From Dehalococcoidia bacterium (lineage in GTDB: Bacteria; Chloroflexota; Dehalococcoidia; Lucifugimonadales; UBA3495), in contig DAOULH010000034.1 in assembly GCA_034420475.1 (NCBI GenBank), forward strand, positions 4,956 through 68,955: a stretch of DNA of 64,000 nt, given 5' to 3'. Position numbers and translations under genes: made by a program. This document shows, one piece after another, positions 29,028 through 38,836 of this stretch; position 1 is the stretch's first letter, and each line of letters starts with the position of its first letter. Under the pieces are notes generated by a model, which was not told where the DNA came from, did not search any database, and saw nothing but the letters and a program-made list of their open reading frames with translations.

Positions 29028-29305
29028 ATCGTCACCTTCCATGCTTCATTGCGGTGTTGACGGTATTGATGGCGACATTTTCTGTATCCCGCCGGGATGT
29101 GTCAACCGAAAACGCTCGCGACGGCAATCCCATCGCCCGGTATTCGAAAACCTTCCCACCGGCCGTAACGCGCTGGCGATCTCACCCGGCACCGGCCGTG
29201 TCGCCCTTCGTCAGACCACTGCATCATCCGAAATTTGCCGAATGGTACAATCGAGCATCGTCAACCAGCCGCCACGATTCAATCAACCATCAGAGAGGTA
29301 ACCCC

Positions 29306-30232
29306 GTGCCCGACCAGAACTTCGACGTCATTATTATCGGCGGCGGCATGGCCGGCCTGACCGCCGGCATCTACGCCGCCCGCCAGGGCCTGAGCACCGC
29401 CGTTGTTGAGCAGATGATGGCCGGCGCTCAGATCATCAACCTGGAGCGCATCGAGAATTTCCCCGGTTTCCCCCAGGGCATCGCCGGCTACGAATTGGGC
29501 CCGGCCACCCAGGAACAGGCGATGAACGCCGGCGTGGAGGTGCTGATGGACACCGTCGCCAGCGTATCCGCCGACGGCGACTACCTCCGCGTCGCCGGCG
29601 AGGGCGGCGGTTCCTACCTCGGCAAGGCCGTGATCATGGCGGCCGGCTCAACCCTGCGCACCCTGGGCATACCGGGGGAGGAGGAGTTCCTCGGCCGCGG
29701 CGTGTCGCACTGCGCATCCTGCGACGGCCCGCTGTACATGGGACAGACCGTTGCCGTGGTCGGCGGCGGCGACTCCGCGGCCGACGAAGCCCTGACCCTG
29801 ACCGAGTACACCGACCGCGTCATCCTCTTCCACCGGGGCGACAGCCTGGACTCGCAACAGGTTTTGCAGGACCGCATCGCCGCCCAGCCGAAAATCGAGG
29901 TGCGGTACAACTCCGAGGTCATCGAGGTAGTCGGTGAAGATACCGTCACCGGCGTCCGCGTTCGCAGCGCCGACGGTGAGAACGTCGAACCCGTGGCCGG
30001 ACTCTTCGTGTACGTCGGCCTGGAGCCCAACTCGTCTCCGGTTTCCGACCTGGTTCCGCTGGATAACGCCGGACACATCCCGGTGGGACTCTCCATGGAC
30101 ACGCCGCAGCCCGGACTGTTCGCCGCCGGCGACATCCGTCAGCAATCCGCGGCCCAGTTGGTCGCCTCCGCCGGCGACGGCGCCACCGCGGCCATCGCCG
30201 CGCACCGGTACATCCGCTCCCGCCAGTGGTGA
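29306..30232 (+). CDS. trxB: thioredoxin-disulfide reductase
   Basis: FDVIIIGGGMAGLTAGIYAAR, redox CxxC in HCASCDG, VVGGGDSAADEA, AAGDIR. GTG 29306 with GAGAGG RBS. The upstream part of the 29054 ORF is not protein-like. Confidence 0.85.
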   Translation: MPDQNFDVIIIGGGMAGLTAGIYAARQGLSTAVVEQMMAGAQIINLERIENFPGFPQGIAGYELGPATQEQAMNAGVEVLMDTVASVSADGDYLRVAGEGGGSYLGKAVIMAAGSTLRTLGIPGEEEFLGRGVSHCASCDGPLYMGQTVAVVGGGDSAADEALTLTEYTDRVILFHRGDSLDSQQVLQDRIAAQPKIEVRYNSEVIEVVGEDTVTGVRVRSADGENVEPVAGLFVYVGLEPNSSPVSDLVPLDNAGHIPVGLSMDTPQPGLFAAGDIRQQSAAQLVASAGDGATAAIAAHRYIRSRQW

Positions 30233-30241
30233 GGTTCCGCC

Positions 30242-31072
30242 ATGCAGATCACCGACCACGTTTACAGCACCCACATCCAGGAAGACCCCAGCACCTTCGG
30301 GGCGATGCACCCCGGCGGCACCCAGATCTATTTCGTGGGCGACCCGTCGGAAAGCATGGTCATGATCGATTCCGGCGAACCTTACCGCTTCTGGACCCGC
30401 CAGATCCTGGACTACTGGGCGGAACTGGGCAGCCCTCGCATCGACGCCATCCTGATCACCCACGGCCACGGCGACCACATCGGCGGCCTGGACCGTTTGC
30501 AGGAAGCCTTCGGCTGCCCGGTCCGATGCCATCCCAAGCTTGCGCCGCGCCTGCAGCACACCCTCGGCGGTGATTCGGTCCATGCTCTGCGCGCCAACGA
30601 GACCATATCCTCGGGCGGCGGCGTGACCCTGCGCCCGCTGTTCACTCCCGGCCACGAGGACGACCACTGCTGCTACTTCCTGCGTCCCGATCGCGTTCTC
30701 TTCAGCGGGGACAACCTGCTGGGCAACTCCTCGTCCAGCGTGCGCAACCTCAAGCAGTACATGACCTCCCTGGAACGCATGGCCCGCACGCGGCCGCTGG
30801 TGGTGTGCCCCGGCCACGGCAACACCATTATCCGGGGTCAGCAGCGCATCCAGCAGCAGATCGCCCACCGCCTCAGCCGGGAGGACCAGGTTCTGGCCGC
30901 GCTGGATGACGGCGCAACCACCGTCGACGAGATCGTAACCGCCGTGTACCCGCGCAACCTGCGTCGATCCCTGCGCGCCGCGGCCGGGCGCAACGTGCGT
31001 ACCCACCTGGAAAAGCTGCGCCAGGAAAACCGCGTCATCGAGCGCGAAGCCACTTACGTCCTGCCCGACTAA
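30242..31072 (+). CDS. MBL-fold metallo-hydrolase (glyoxalase II-like) with C-terminal winged-helix-like tail
   Basis: ILITHGHGDHIGG, TPGHEDDH, PGHG motifs. Confidence 0.8.
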   Translation: MQITDHVYSTHIQEDPSTFGAMHPGGTQIYFVGDPSESMVMIDSGEPYRFWTRQILDYWAELGSPRIDAILITHGHGDHIGGLDRLQEAFGCPVRCHPKLAPRLQHTLGGDSVHALRANETISSGGGVTLRPLFTPGHEDDHCCYFLRPDRVLFSGDNLLGNSSSSVRNLKQYMTSLERMARTRPLVVCPGHGNTIIRGQQRIQQQIAHRLSREDQVLAALDDGATTVDEIVTAVYPRNLRRSLRAAAGRNVRTHLEKLRQENRVIEREATYVLPD

Positions 31073-31097
31073 GGATAGCGACAGGAACCCCGGCATC

Positions 31098-31280
31098 ATG
31101 CTTTACCGGGCAAACGGCGCTGCCGGGGCCATCGGCTGCGGGTTGGCGATTTTCTGCCTGGGGCTGTTCCTGCTCACGCCGGTGGCGATATTCCTGTTGA
31201 AAGGCTTGGGCTGGACGCTCATGGTCGTGGGCGTCCTGTTGGCAGCCCACGGAGTGTGGACTTGGTGGAAGAGCCGTTAG
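31098..31280 (+). CDS. small hydrophobic protein (two predicted TM helices)
   Basis: 60-aa ORF AIGCGLAIFCLGLFLLTPVAIFLL...LMVVGVLLAAHGVWTWW. No convincing RBS. Confidence 0.35.
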   Translation: MLYRANGAAGAIGCGLAIFCLGLFLLTPVAIFLLKGLGWTLMVVGVLLAAHGVWTWWKSR

Positions 31281-31431
31281 CCGCCATCTCGTGAAATTTC
31301 GCGCTCCGCTCGAATTCCGGGGAGCAATGCTGACTGACCGCTGCACCACGCCGCAAACCGACGCGGAAACTCTGCCCGGCGCCGCGTTTCGCAATCGCAG
31401 GCGAATTCCGGCAGGAACTTGACACTGGTTG

Positions 31432-31460
31432 TTGACAAAGGGGTAGCAAGGGTATAAATT
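31432..31460 (+). promoter_or_regulatory. candidate strong promoter for the RdhA-like gene
   Basis: TTGACA (31432-31437), 15-17 nt spacer, TATAAATT. A second TTGACA lies at 31419. GAGGAGG RBS before ATG 31514. Confidence 0.55.
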
Positions 31461-31513
31461 GCCCCAAAAGCCGCCGCAATCATGCGGTCAAGCCAACCAG
31501 CGAGGAGGCTAAT

Positions 31514-32791
31514 ATGCTAACGATTGGGCACGAAGTAGTCCGTCCCGGAAGGCACTGGGGGGACTCCGAAATCACGATTCCGATTCCGGAAGAACTGGAA
31601 ACCGTTCCCGGCATTCCGATGACTAGCCGCGAGGTTGACTGGTACGCCCGCGAGTATCCGCTGGAAACCATGAACATCACCGAGCGCGCTTCCCGTGACT
31701 GGTCGAACACCCTGCGCGACCTCCACGCCGAGATGCGTGAGATCCGCAAGGAGCACGACAAGCTCAACAGCAACCTCATCATGGCCGCCCGTTCGACCGC
31801 CGAGATGGAGGCCACTGCTGAGCCCACCGGCGAGGACATCTCGCAGCTGGTCAAGGACAAGGCTCGCCAGCTCGGTTACCTCGAAGTCGGCATCACGTCC
31901 TACGACCCGCGCTACGACTACAAGAGCAAGCGCGGCTTCACCGTCCTGCCCCACGCCATCTGCTTGGCCTACGAGCAGGACTTCGAGCCCACCCAGACCA
32001 TCCCCAGCGTCGACGCCGAGATCGTGCACTCCAGCACCTATCGGACCCAGGCTGCTGCCGGTCTCGAACTGGGCAACTTCATCCGCTCCCTAGGCTACAA
32101 GGCCCATGTGGTCCACTCCAGCGACGCCACCGGCCCGGTGATCCCCATGTTCGTGGCTGCGGGCCTCGGTTCGTTGGGTGCCTGCGGCTACCTGCTGTCC
32201 CCGCACACCGGCAACCGCATGCGGCTGATGATGATCACCACCGACGCCAACGTCACCTATGACTCGCCGGTCGACTACGGCATCCACGCCTTCTGCCAGG
32301 TGTGCCAGGTCTGCGTGAACCGCTGCCCCGGCCGCGCCCTCATGCGCGACAAGATCTGGTGGCGCGGAATCGAGAAGAACAAGCTCTACTTCAAGCGCTG
32401 TCGCCCGGTCATGGCCCGCTACCTCGGCTGTGGCGTGTGCATGAAGGTCTGCCCGATCCAGAAGTACGGCCTCAAGAACGTCATGGAGCACTACGCCGCC
32501 ACCGGTCAGGTCCTCGGCAAGGGCACCCACGACCTCGAAGGTTACAACCTGGAAGGCAAGGGCTACTTCGGCCCCGGCGAACTCCCCGTCTTCGAGCGCG
32601 GCTTCTTCGACATGCCGCACGGCAACTCCGACGAGTGGGCCTTCGAGTCCATGAAGGACGCCGCTCGCGACAACGACGGCGAGATCCCCGACGAGATGCT
32701 GGACGACCTCAAGCTCCAGATCCAGCGCGCCATCCAGCTGCAGTCCGGCGACGTGCTGCAGATGATGGCCGAGGACCAGGACTACATCTAG
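31514..32791 (+). CDS. reductive dehalogenase/epoxyqueuosine reductase (RdhA/QueG) superfamily 4Fe-4S protein, no signal peptide
   Basis: CQVCQVCVNRCP (CxxCxxCxxxCP) plus the truncated second motif CRPVMARYLGCGVCMKVCP. ~140-aa N-terminal extension. No twin-arginine leader. Confidence 0.6.
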   Translation: MLTIGHEVVRPGRHWGDSEITIPIPEELETVPGIPMTSREVDWYAREYPLETMNITERASRDWSNTLRDLHAEMREIRKEHDKLNSNLIMAARSTAEMEATAEPTGEDISQLVKDKARQLGYLEVGITSYDPRYDYKSKRGFTVLPHAICLAYEQDFEPTQTIPSVDAEIVHSSTYRTQAAAGLELGNFIRSLGYKAHVVHSSDATGPVIPMFVAAGLGSLGACGYLLSPHTGNRMRLMMITTDANVTYDSPVDYGIHAFCQVCQVCVNRCPGRALMRDKIWWRGIEKNKLYFKRCRPVMARYLGCGVCMKVCPIQKYGLKNVMEHYAATGQVLGKGTHDLEGYNLEGKGYFGPGELPVFERGFFDMPHGNSDEWAFESMKDAARDNDGEIPDEMLDDLKLQIQRAIQLQSGDVLQMMAEDQDYI

Positions 32792-32824
32792 TAGCCAGTC
32801 CCACATCTCGCCACATCGGCAATC

Positions 32825-32855
32825 GGCCGGCGGGTATCGCACCCGCCGGCCTTTT
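32825..32855 (+). terminator. intrinsic terminator
   Basis: ggccggcgggt-atcgc-acccgccggcc followed by TTTT. Confidence 0.75.
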
Positions 32856-32899
32856 CATGCCTTCAGTTGCAAGATGGATCGGCAACCATACCATTAGCC

Positions 32900-34060
32900 A
32901 TGACCTCAACTCTCCCGTCACTCCTCATCTCCATCCCGGAGGGCGTCCTCGACCTGGGTTGGGGCCACCCGTCCCCACATCTGCACCCGACGGAAGCCCT
33001 GCAGATCGCCAGCGAGCGTGTCCTCAGCCAGCAGTCCGCCATCCCGCTGCAATACGGCGCCGTCCAGGGCTTCGGGCCGCTCCTCGAAGGGTTGGCCGAT
33101 TTCCTGTCGGCCCAGGACGCCTACGGCAATCTGCCCGTGGACCCGGGATCGCTCTTCCTCACCGCCGGGGCCTCCCAGGGAATCGACCTGGCCGCCACCA
33201 TCTTCGCTCAATCCGGCGACACGGTTTTTGTGGAAGAACCGACCTACTACCTCATCGGTCGCATCTTCCTGGACCACGGCCTGAAAGTCGTGGGCATACC
33301 CACTGACAAAGACGGCCTGGACACCGACGCGCTGGAGATGATGCTTCAGGACGGCCACCGGCCCAGGTTGCTCTACGTCATACCGGCGTATCAGAACCCC
33401 ACCGGGGCCACGTTAACGCGAGAGCGCCGGGGCCGGCTGATCCAATTGGCTCAACGGTATGGCTTCACCGTCCTCGCGGACGAGGTCTACCAACTGCTGC
33501 ACTACGGCCCGCCACCACCGCCGCCCCTGGCAACCATGGACGATACAGATGACGGTTGCGTCGTTTCCCTCGGTTCCTTTTCCAAGATCCTGGCCCCCGG
33601 CTTGCGCCTGGGGTGGGTTCATTCCTCCCCCGGCATCATCCAGCGCTTCGTGGACTCCGGGGTCGCGGCCAGCGGCGGCGGGTTGAGCCATTTTGCGGCG
33701 GCCATGGCCCAAGCCACCCTGGACCTGGGACTGCTCCAGGAAAACCTCGCCAACCTGCGGCGCATCTACACCATGAGGCGAGACGCCGTTGCCAGAATAT
33801 TGTCCACCGACCTGGCCAACAAGCTGGATTTCAACCGGCCGGACGGCGGCTACTTCTTCTGGCTCACACTGGCAGACGGAGTGGATGCCGACGAACTGCT
33901 GCCAATCGCCCGGAAGGCCGGCGTATCCTACCGTCCCGGGACAGCTTTCTCGTCAGTCGGGATGTTCCGGGACCGTCTCCGCATCAGCTTCTCGCTGTAT
34001 GACGTCGGCGATCTGGCCGAAGCCCTGCACAGATTGGGGCAGGCTATGCGCTCCGCCTGA
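32900..34060 (+). CDS. PLP-dependent aminotransferase (class I/II, 2-aminoadipate/MocR-type aminotransferase domain)
   Basis: YVIPAYQNPTGATL, SFSKILAPGLRLGW (PLP lysine). Start uncertain (TTG 32867 or ATG 32900). Confidence 0.8.
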   Translation: MTSTLPSLLISIPEGVLDLGWGHPSPHLHPTEALQIASERVLSQQSAIPLQYGAVQGFGPLLEGLADFLSAQDAYGNLPVDPGSLFLTAGASQGIDLAATIFAQSGDTVFVEEPTYYLIGRIFLDHGLKVVGIPTDKDGLDTDALEMMLQDGHRPRLLYVIPAYQNPTGATLTRERRGRLIQLAQRYGFTVLADEVYQLLHYGPPPPPPLATMDDTDDGCVVSLGSFSKILAPGLRLGWVHSSPGIIQRFVDSGVAASGGGLSHFAAAMAQATLDLGLLQENLANLRRIYTMRRDAVARILSTDLANKLDFNRPDGGYFFWLTLADGVDADELLPIARKAGVSYRPGTAFSSVGMFRDRLRISFSLYDVGDLAEALHRLGQAMRSA

Positions 34061-34121
34061 TCCGTCACTGGCTTGGCCGGCAAGACGGGGTTTGCTTTGC
34101 CGTCGCCTGTGGCCGAAGCCC

Positions 34122-34859
34122 TTAGCGGTTTCGCGCCGCCGGCATACCCAGCCGGCGCTCGGTTCCGTTGGCGATGCGCCGGATGTTGTCCCGGTGTTGC
34201 CAGATGATAACCGCGCCGCCCACGCACGCGTACAGCGTGTACAGTTGGCTGTGTCCGATGAGGAGCATGAGGGCCAGGCTCAGGACCGCCACGGTCAACG
34301 TTCCAGCGATGCTCCCCAGCGACAGTATCCGGCTGGACAGCGTGATGACGAGGAACAGCGCGCCGCCGGCCAGGGCCACCCAGGGAGCCATCACCGACAG
34401 CGCCCCAAATCCGGGGAGGATGCCGCGCCCTCCGCGGAACCGGAGGAATATCGGCCAGTTGTGCCCGCACAACGCCAGCAGCGCCGCGGCCACTTCGGCT
34501 TCTCCTGATCCGATGGCCGTCCTCGCCAGCGTCACGCAGAGCACGCCTTTGCCGGCGTCCAGCAGAAACACCAGGGCCGCCGCCTTGCCGCCGGAGGTCC
34601 GCAATATGTTGGACATGCCCGTCCGCCCGCTGCCGAAATCCCGGATGTCCTCCCCCATAGTCAGGTTGACAAAGATATAACCCCACGAAATCGAACCGAT
34701 CAGGTACGCGATTACGCAAACCGCGGCGTAGAGGAGAGGCTCGGGCGCCGCCTGTGGACTAACGCTGCCTACGGCGATACCGGCCGCCGCCAGCAAAGGC
34801 AGAGTGACCAGCATCGCGATGGTGGCGTACGATGCCCGGCGCAGCAGCATCATGGTCAA
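34122..34859 (-). CDS. plsY: glycerol-3-phosphate acyltransferase PlsY
   Basis: Polytopic membrane protein with GSISWGY...DIRDFGSGRTGMSNILRT...DAGKG (the GSGN.G.TN..R-type motif). Adjacent to der, as in many bacteria. Confidence 0.8.
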   Translation of the reverse strand: MTMMLLRRASYATIAMLVTLPLLAAAGIAVGSVSPQAAPEPLLYAAVCVIAYLIGSISWGYIFVNLTMGEDIRDFGSGRTGMSNILRTSGGKAAALVFLLDAGKGVLCVTLARTAIGSGEAEVAAALLALCGHNWPIFLRFRGGRGILPGFGALSVMAPWVALAGGALFLVITLSSRILSLGSIAGTLTVAVLSLALMLLIGHSQLYTLYACVGGAVIIWQHRDNIRRIANGTERRLGMPAARNR

Positions 34860-34862
34860 CCG

Positions 34863-36389
34863 CTACCTGGCCCGATTTCGAATGCCGGACCGGGTGGTTC
34901 TTTCTGCACGCTCCGGGCGGAAAATCAACCTCAAGTGCGTCCGGTCGAAGCCGAACCGGTCGCGGATCTGGTTTTCCAGATACCGCTGGTACGAGAAATG
35001 GAGCAGCTTGGGGTCGTTGACCGAGAACACGAACGTCGGCGGATTGACGCCAACCTGCCGCACCCGGCGAATGCGCAGCCGATTGCGGATGTTGCCCCGC
35101 TGGGAGGGTGGAGTGTGGGTCGATACCGCATCGGCCAGCAGATATTGCAGATCACGGAACGGCACCCGCTTCTGTCGCTCCTGCCAGAGTGACAGGGCAG
35201 TGTCCAGCAGTTCGTCGATCCCCTCGCCGGTGAGCGCCGACGTGAAGCACACGGGCACGTAGGACATGAAGTGCAGCCGTTCCTGGACCCGGTGCAGGCT
35301 TCGTTCCATGCGGAAACGGTTACGATTCACCAGGTCCCACTTGTTCACCACCACGATCAGACCCCGGTTGGTGTCCCATGCCAGACCCGCGATGTGCGCG
35401 TCCTGTGCCGTGGCGAGCTCAGTGGCGTCGGTGATCAGCAGCGTGATGTCGCTGCGATGCACGGCGTTCACCGCCCGCAGCACGCTGTATTTCTCGATCC
35501 CGCGCTGCACCTGGCCGGGCCGCCGGACACCCGCGGTGTCCACCAGCGTGATGGTGTGGTCTCTATAGGATATCTGCGTATCCAAAGCATCGCGCGTGGT
35601 TCCGGCAACCGGGCTGACGATGCTGCGCTCCTCGCCGATGATGGCGTTGGTGAGCATCGACTTGCCCACGTTGGTTCGGCCGACGATGGACAGGCTCAGC
35701 TCGGTGGGAGGCGTCCATACCTCTTCGTCAACCGTTGCTTCGTCGCCGTCATCCTCCCACCATTCATCTTCAGCCGCCGTCTCACCGTCAGGCGCATCCT
35801 CCCAGAGATCCGCGATCTCAGGCTGGGGCAGCAGCTCGACAATCCGCTCCAGCAGGTCGTACACGCCGTAATTGTGGTAGGCGGAGATGAACGCCGTCTC
35901 ATTGATCCCCAAGCCGTAGAACTCGGCCGCAGCCAGCTCCCGGTTGTCGTTGTCCACCTTGTTCACGGCCAGCAGTATGGGCTTGTCGGTGCGTCGCAGC
36001 CTTTGCGCCACGGCCTCGTCCGTGGCGGTGACGCCCTGGATCGCGTCGGTCAGGAACACGATCACATCGGCGGCGCCCATCGCCATGTCGGCCTGCTGCT
36101 GGACGCGCTGGGGGATGTGCCCGTCCGGATCGTCCTCGAGGCCGCCGGTGTCAATCAGCAGGAACGGCCGCCCTTTCCACGAGGCCCGGGCGATCAGCCG
36201 GTCTCGGGTGGTCCCAGCCACCTCGGAAACGATGGCGTGCCGCCTCGAAAGTATGCGGTTGAACAGCGAGGACTTGCCCACGTTGGGGCGTCCGATGATG
36301 GCCACCATCGGGTCCACCGTGGGGGTCGGAGCGCGTAGGGCCGGCGTTTCCTGAAGGATTTGCGCCGTGGTTTCGTCGAGAGAGGTCAT
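34863..36389 (-). CDS. der: ribosome-associated GTPase Der (EngA)
   Basis: Two G domains (GRPNVGKSSLFNR; GRTNVGKSMLTNA) plus a KH-like C-terminus. An acidic W/E/D-rich linker lies between the G domains. Confidence 0.9.
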   Translation of the reverse strand: MTSLDETTAQILQETPALRAPTPTVDPMVAIIGRPNVGKSSLFNRILSRRHAIVSEVAGTTRDRLIARASWKGRPFLLIDTGGLEDDPDGHIPQRVQQQADMAMGAADVIVFLTDAIQGVTATDEAVAQRLRRTDKPILLAVNKVDNDNRELAAAEFYGLGINETAFISAYHNYGVYDLLERIVELLPQPEIADLWEDAPDGETAAEDEWWEDDGDEATVDEEVWTPPTELSLSIVGRTNVGKSMLTNAIIGEERSIVSPVAGTTRDALDTQISYRDHTITLVDTAGVRRPGQVQRGIEKYSVLRAVNAVHRSDITLLITDATELATAQDAHIAGLAWDTNRGLIVVVNKWDLVNRNRFRMERSLHRVQERLHFMSYVPVCFTSALTGEGIDELLDTALSLWQERQKRVPFRDLQYLLADAVSTHTPPSQRGNIRNRLRIRRVRQVGVNPPTFVFSVNDPKLLHFSYQRYLENQIRDRFGFDRTHLRLIFRPERAERTTRSGIRNRAR

Positions 36390-36424
36390 AAGGGTCCCGC
36401 TTGTTCTGCGTATCGGGCTGCTTG

Positions 36425-36952
36425 CTATTCGTTGACCGGGCCGTGTTTCAAAGAGAAGCCTACGGCAGACGTGTCGCCAAGCTGCAAACTGTCATTACCC
36501 GTGAGTGACTGTAGCCGCCGCAATTGAGTATTGCTGGCAATCGTGAACGGGCGCGGTGGAGTGTCCAGCAGCGAGAGCAGTACGGGCATCTCATTCTCAA
36601 CCTTGTCCAGCATCTCGGCCAATTCTTCGGGATGGCGGTGGTTCTCGTAAAAGTTCTCATGGCCGACACGGTATGCTGCTGAAAGGGCTTCTTGCAGGTC
36701 AACGTTCGGGCTTTCGGCCAGTATCTGAAGCCCGACGTTGTGGATGTCCTGGTGACTCTGGTGATGCCAGCCGCGCTGCTCCGCGATGGCCTTCAGCGGT
36801 TGCACCACAGCGCCCCAAGCCTTTTCGCCGGCTTGCATGCGGTTTCCGTTTTTCAGTTCTTCGCGGGCATGGATGATAAACCGTCGGCTGATCCGGCGAC
36901 GGTCGTCCAGGCTTTGTTCGCCAGGTTCAGGCAAATCAGGCGCGGTAAGCAT
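36425..36952 (-). CDS. PaREP1/HEPN-like helical protein (intact paralog of the 10595 pseudogene)
   Basis: AGEKAWGAVVQPLKAIAEQRGWHHQSHQDIHNVGLQILAE...AAYRVGHENFYENHRHPEE parallels the repaired 10595 product. Confidence 0.55.
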   Translation of the reverse strand: MLTAPDLPEPGEQSLDDRRRISRRFIIHAREELKNGNRMQAGEKAWGAVVQPLKAIAEQRGWHHQSHQDIHNVGLQILAESPNVDLQEALSAAYRVGHENFYENHRHPEELAEMLDKVENEMPVLLSLLDTPPRPFTIASNTQLRRLQSLTGNDSLQLGDTSAVGFSLKHGPVNE

Positions 36953-37026
36953 ACCAGCCTCTTGTCTTGCTTCGTTATCAGGTCGATCGTTGCGGCCGAT
37001 GTTCCGTTAATCTATGGCAGTGAGTT

Positions 37027-37959
37027 TCATGCCAGCAGGAACTCCAGCACCGCCTTCTGCGCGTGCAGGCGATTGTGGGCCTGCTGGTAAGCCACCGACT
37101 GCGGATGCTCCAGCATCCCCGGCGGGACCTCTTCGCCGTAGTGGGCGGGCATATCGTGCATGAAGCACGCCCCCGGCGCAGCCATTTCCATCAAAGGATA
37201 ATCCACCGTGTAGCCTTGAAAGGCCCGGCGCCGCTCTTCGGCCTCGGCTTCGTCGCCCATGCTGGTCCAGACGTCGGTGTACACCACGTTGGCGTCAACT
37301 ACGGCGTCGGAGGGACGCACCAGGGGATGCGCCGTGGGCCGTGGGCCGCCGTCGGTGCGGACGCCCCGCTGGCTGGCGGACGCAAACACTGATTCTTCCA
37401 ATTGGTAGCCGTGGGGTGCGGCGATGGAAAAGTTAATGCCCACTGCCGGCGCGCCCAGACACAGGCTGCGGGCCACGTTGTTTCCATCGCCGACGTAAGC
37501 CAGGTTCAGCCCATCGGTGCCGCCATGGGTTTCATTGATGGTCAACAGGTCGGCCATGGTCTGGCACGGATGCTCAAAATCGGATAACGCGTTGATCACC
37601 GGCACGCTGCCATACTCGGCCAATCCCACCAGCGAATCGTGCGAGTTCACCCGTGCCACGATGCAGTCCACGTACCCGCTGAGCACCCGGGCCACGTCGG
37701 AGACCGGCTCCCGCTGGCCCAGTCCTACCTCGTCCTGCCCCATATACAGGCTGAACCCGCCCAACTCCGCGATTCCGATCTGGAAACTGACCCGCGTTCG
37801 CAGCGAGGGCTTTTCGAACAGGAGCGCTACCCGCTTGCCGGCCAGAGGACTGGCGCTTCCCGGCGGAGCCGCTTTCAACTCCCGCGCGCGGTCGATCAGC
37901 TGGCGTGTCTCGCCAGGCGATATGTCGGTTACGGACAGGAGATCCCGTTTGGCAGGCAT
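37027..37959 (-). CDS. argF: ornithine carbamoyltransferase (family-level call; atypical HDMP in place of HCLP)
   Basis: FEKPSLRTRVSF, HPCQTMADL, YTDVWTSMG, FMHDMPAHYGEEV, NRLHAQKAVL. Confidence 0.8.
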   Translation of the reverse strand: MPAKRDLLSVTDISPGETRQLIDRARELKAAPPGSASPLAGKRVALLFEKPSLRTRVSFQIGIAELGGFSLYMGQDEVGLGQREPVSDVARVLSGYVDCIVARVNSHDSLVGLAEYGSVPVINALSDFEHPCQTMADLLTINETHGGTDGLNLAYVGDGNNVARSLCLGAPAVGINFSIAAPHGYQLEESVFASASQRGVRTDGGPRPTAHPLVRPSDAVVDANVVYTDVWTSMGDEAEAEERRRAFQGYTVDYPLMEMAAPGACFMHDMPAHYGEEVPPGMLEHPQSVAYQQAHNRLHAQKAVLEFLLA

Positions 37960-37984
37960 GGTTCACGTCTCGCATCGGATGGCG

Positions 37985-38464
37985 TCATTCGGTCGTATTT
38001 TCAGCGTTGCGATTGCGCTCATCGCGGCGGGCTTTGCTGCCATAAACAAATACACCGACCAAGCCGGATAAGTTAATGCCAATTAGCGCTACGCCGGCCC
38101 AATCGTGGCCAGTGGCGATAATATAGATGCCACCGCCGACAACCAGCAGTGAAATGATAAAGCCGGCCAGCAGACCCAGGTAGGCTCTCCGGGCATCCGA
38201 GACAACAACCGTTCTTTCGATGCTTATGGCCTCCATTTGGATGTTATGATCTTGTTCCTGCTGCTTTTCGGCCATTTGCAGGATGCGTTCTGCCGCGCCT
38301 GGTAGAACGTCGTTGTACCTTGCCAGTGCGTTCGGCGGTGGCAGCGGCGCACGCCAGGAAGCTCTGATTGCAGTTACATCGGCAGGTGGCGGTGTGGCTT
38401 CCGCCAGGAGTTCAGCGGACTGGCCAGCGCCGCTTTCCCCGGTTATTTCGTCCGGTTCGCACAT
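37985..38464 (-). CDS. DUF2335 domain membrane protein
   Basis: PPPNALARYNDVLPGAAERILQMAEKQQEQDH followed by two TM helices. Confidence 0.7.
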   Translation of the reverse strand: MCEPDEITGESGAGQSAELLAEATPPPADVTAIRASWRAPLPPPNALARYNDVLPGAAERILQMAEKQQEQDHNIQMEAISIERTVVVSDARRAYLGLLAGFIISLLVVGGGIYIIATGHDWAGVALIGINLSGLVGVFVYGSKARRDERNRNAENTTE

Positions 38465-38712
38465 TGCGATTTACGGGCTTCGTCCAAGTTATCCCGTTCC
38501 TCTTCCTCGAACCGGCCCATGGCGTCCCACAGGTATTGCCCGACGGTTTCCCAAGCAGCTCGAATCGCCTCGGCATCCGCTTCCGGGCTGGATTTCCGCC
38601 GCGCGGAGAGGCCGGGGTAATAATCCAACGCGCCGGTGAAGTCAAAGATGCGTGCCATGCCCTCAATGAATGACGGCCTGGCGTAGTTGAAGCGTCGGTA
38701 CTTCCTAGCCAC
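38443..38712 (-). CDS. small hypothetical protein upstream of and overlapping DUF2335
   Basis: GTG 38712 with GGAGG 8 nt upstream. 89-aa product (ARKYRRFNYARPSFIEGMARIFDFTG...). The longer 38970 ORF overlaps the thioesterase gene on the opposite strand and looks non-coding. Confidence 0.5.
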   Translation of the reverse strand: MARKYRRFNYARPSFIEGMARIFDFTGALDYYPGLSARRKSSPEADAEAIRAAWETVGQYLWDAMGRFEEEERDNLDEARKSQCANRTK

Positions 38713-38836
38713 GGTGATAGCCTCCGGCCCGCTCCGAGCCCAGCCTATTGGCGCACCCGTGAATGGGCGCCGTTGCGCAACTATAATAGCATACGGCTTT
38801 ACCGGAGCCGAAACTGCTTCGAGGATAACAATAGCG

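Noticed and set aside
29054-29305. 84-codon N-terminal extension of the trxB ORF
   Set aside because: The extension is not protein-like and lies in the divergent promoter region. GTG 29306 with a GAGAGG RBS gives a canonical TrxB N-terminus.
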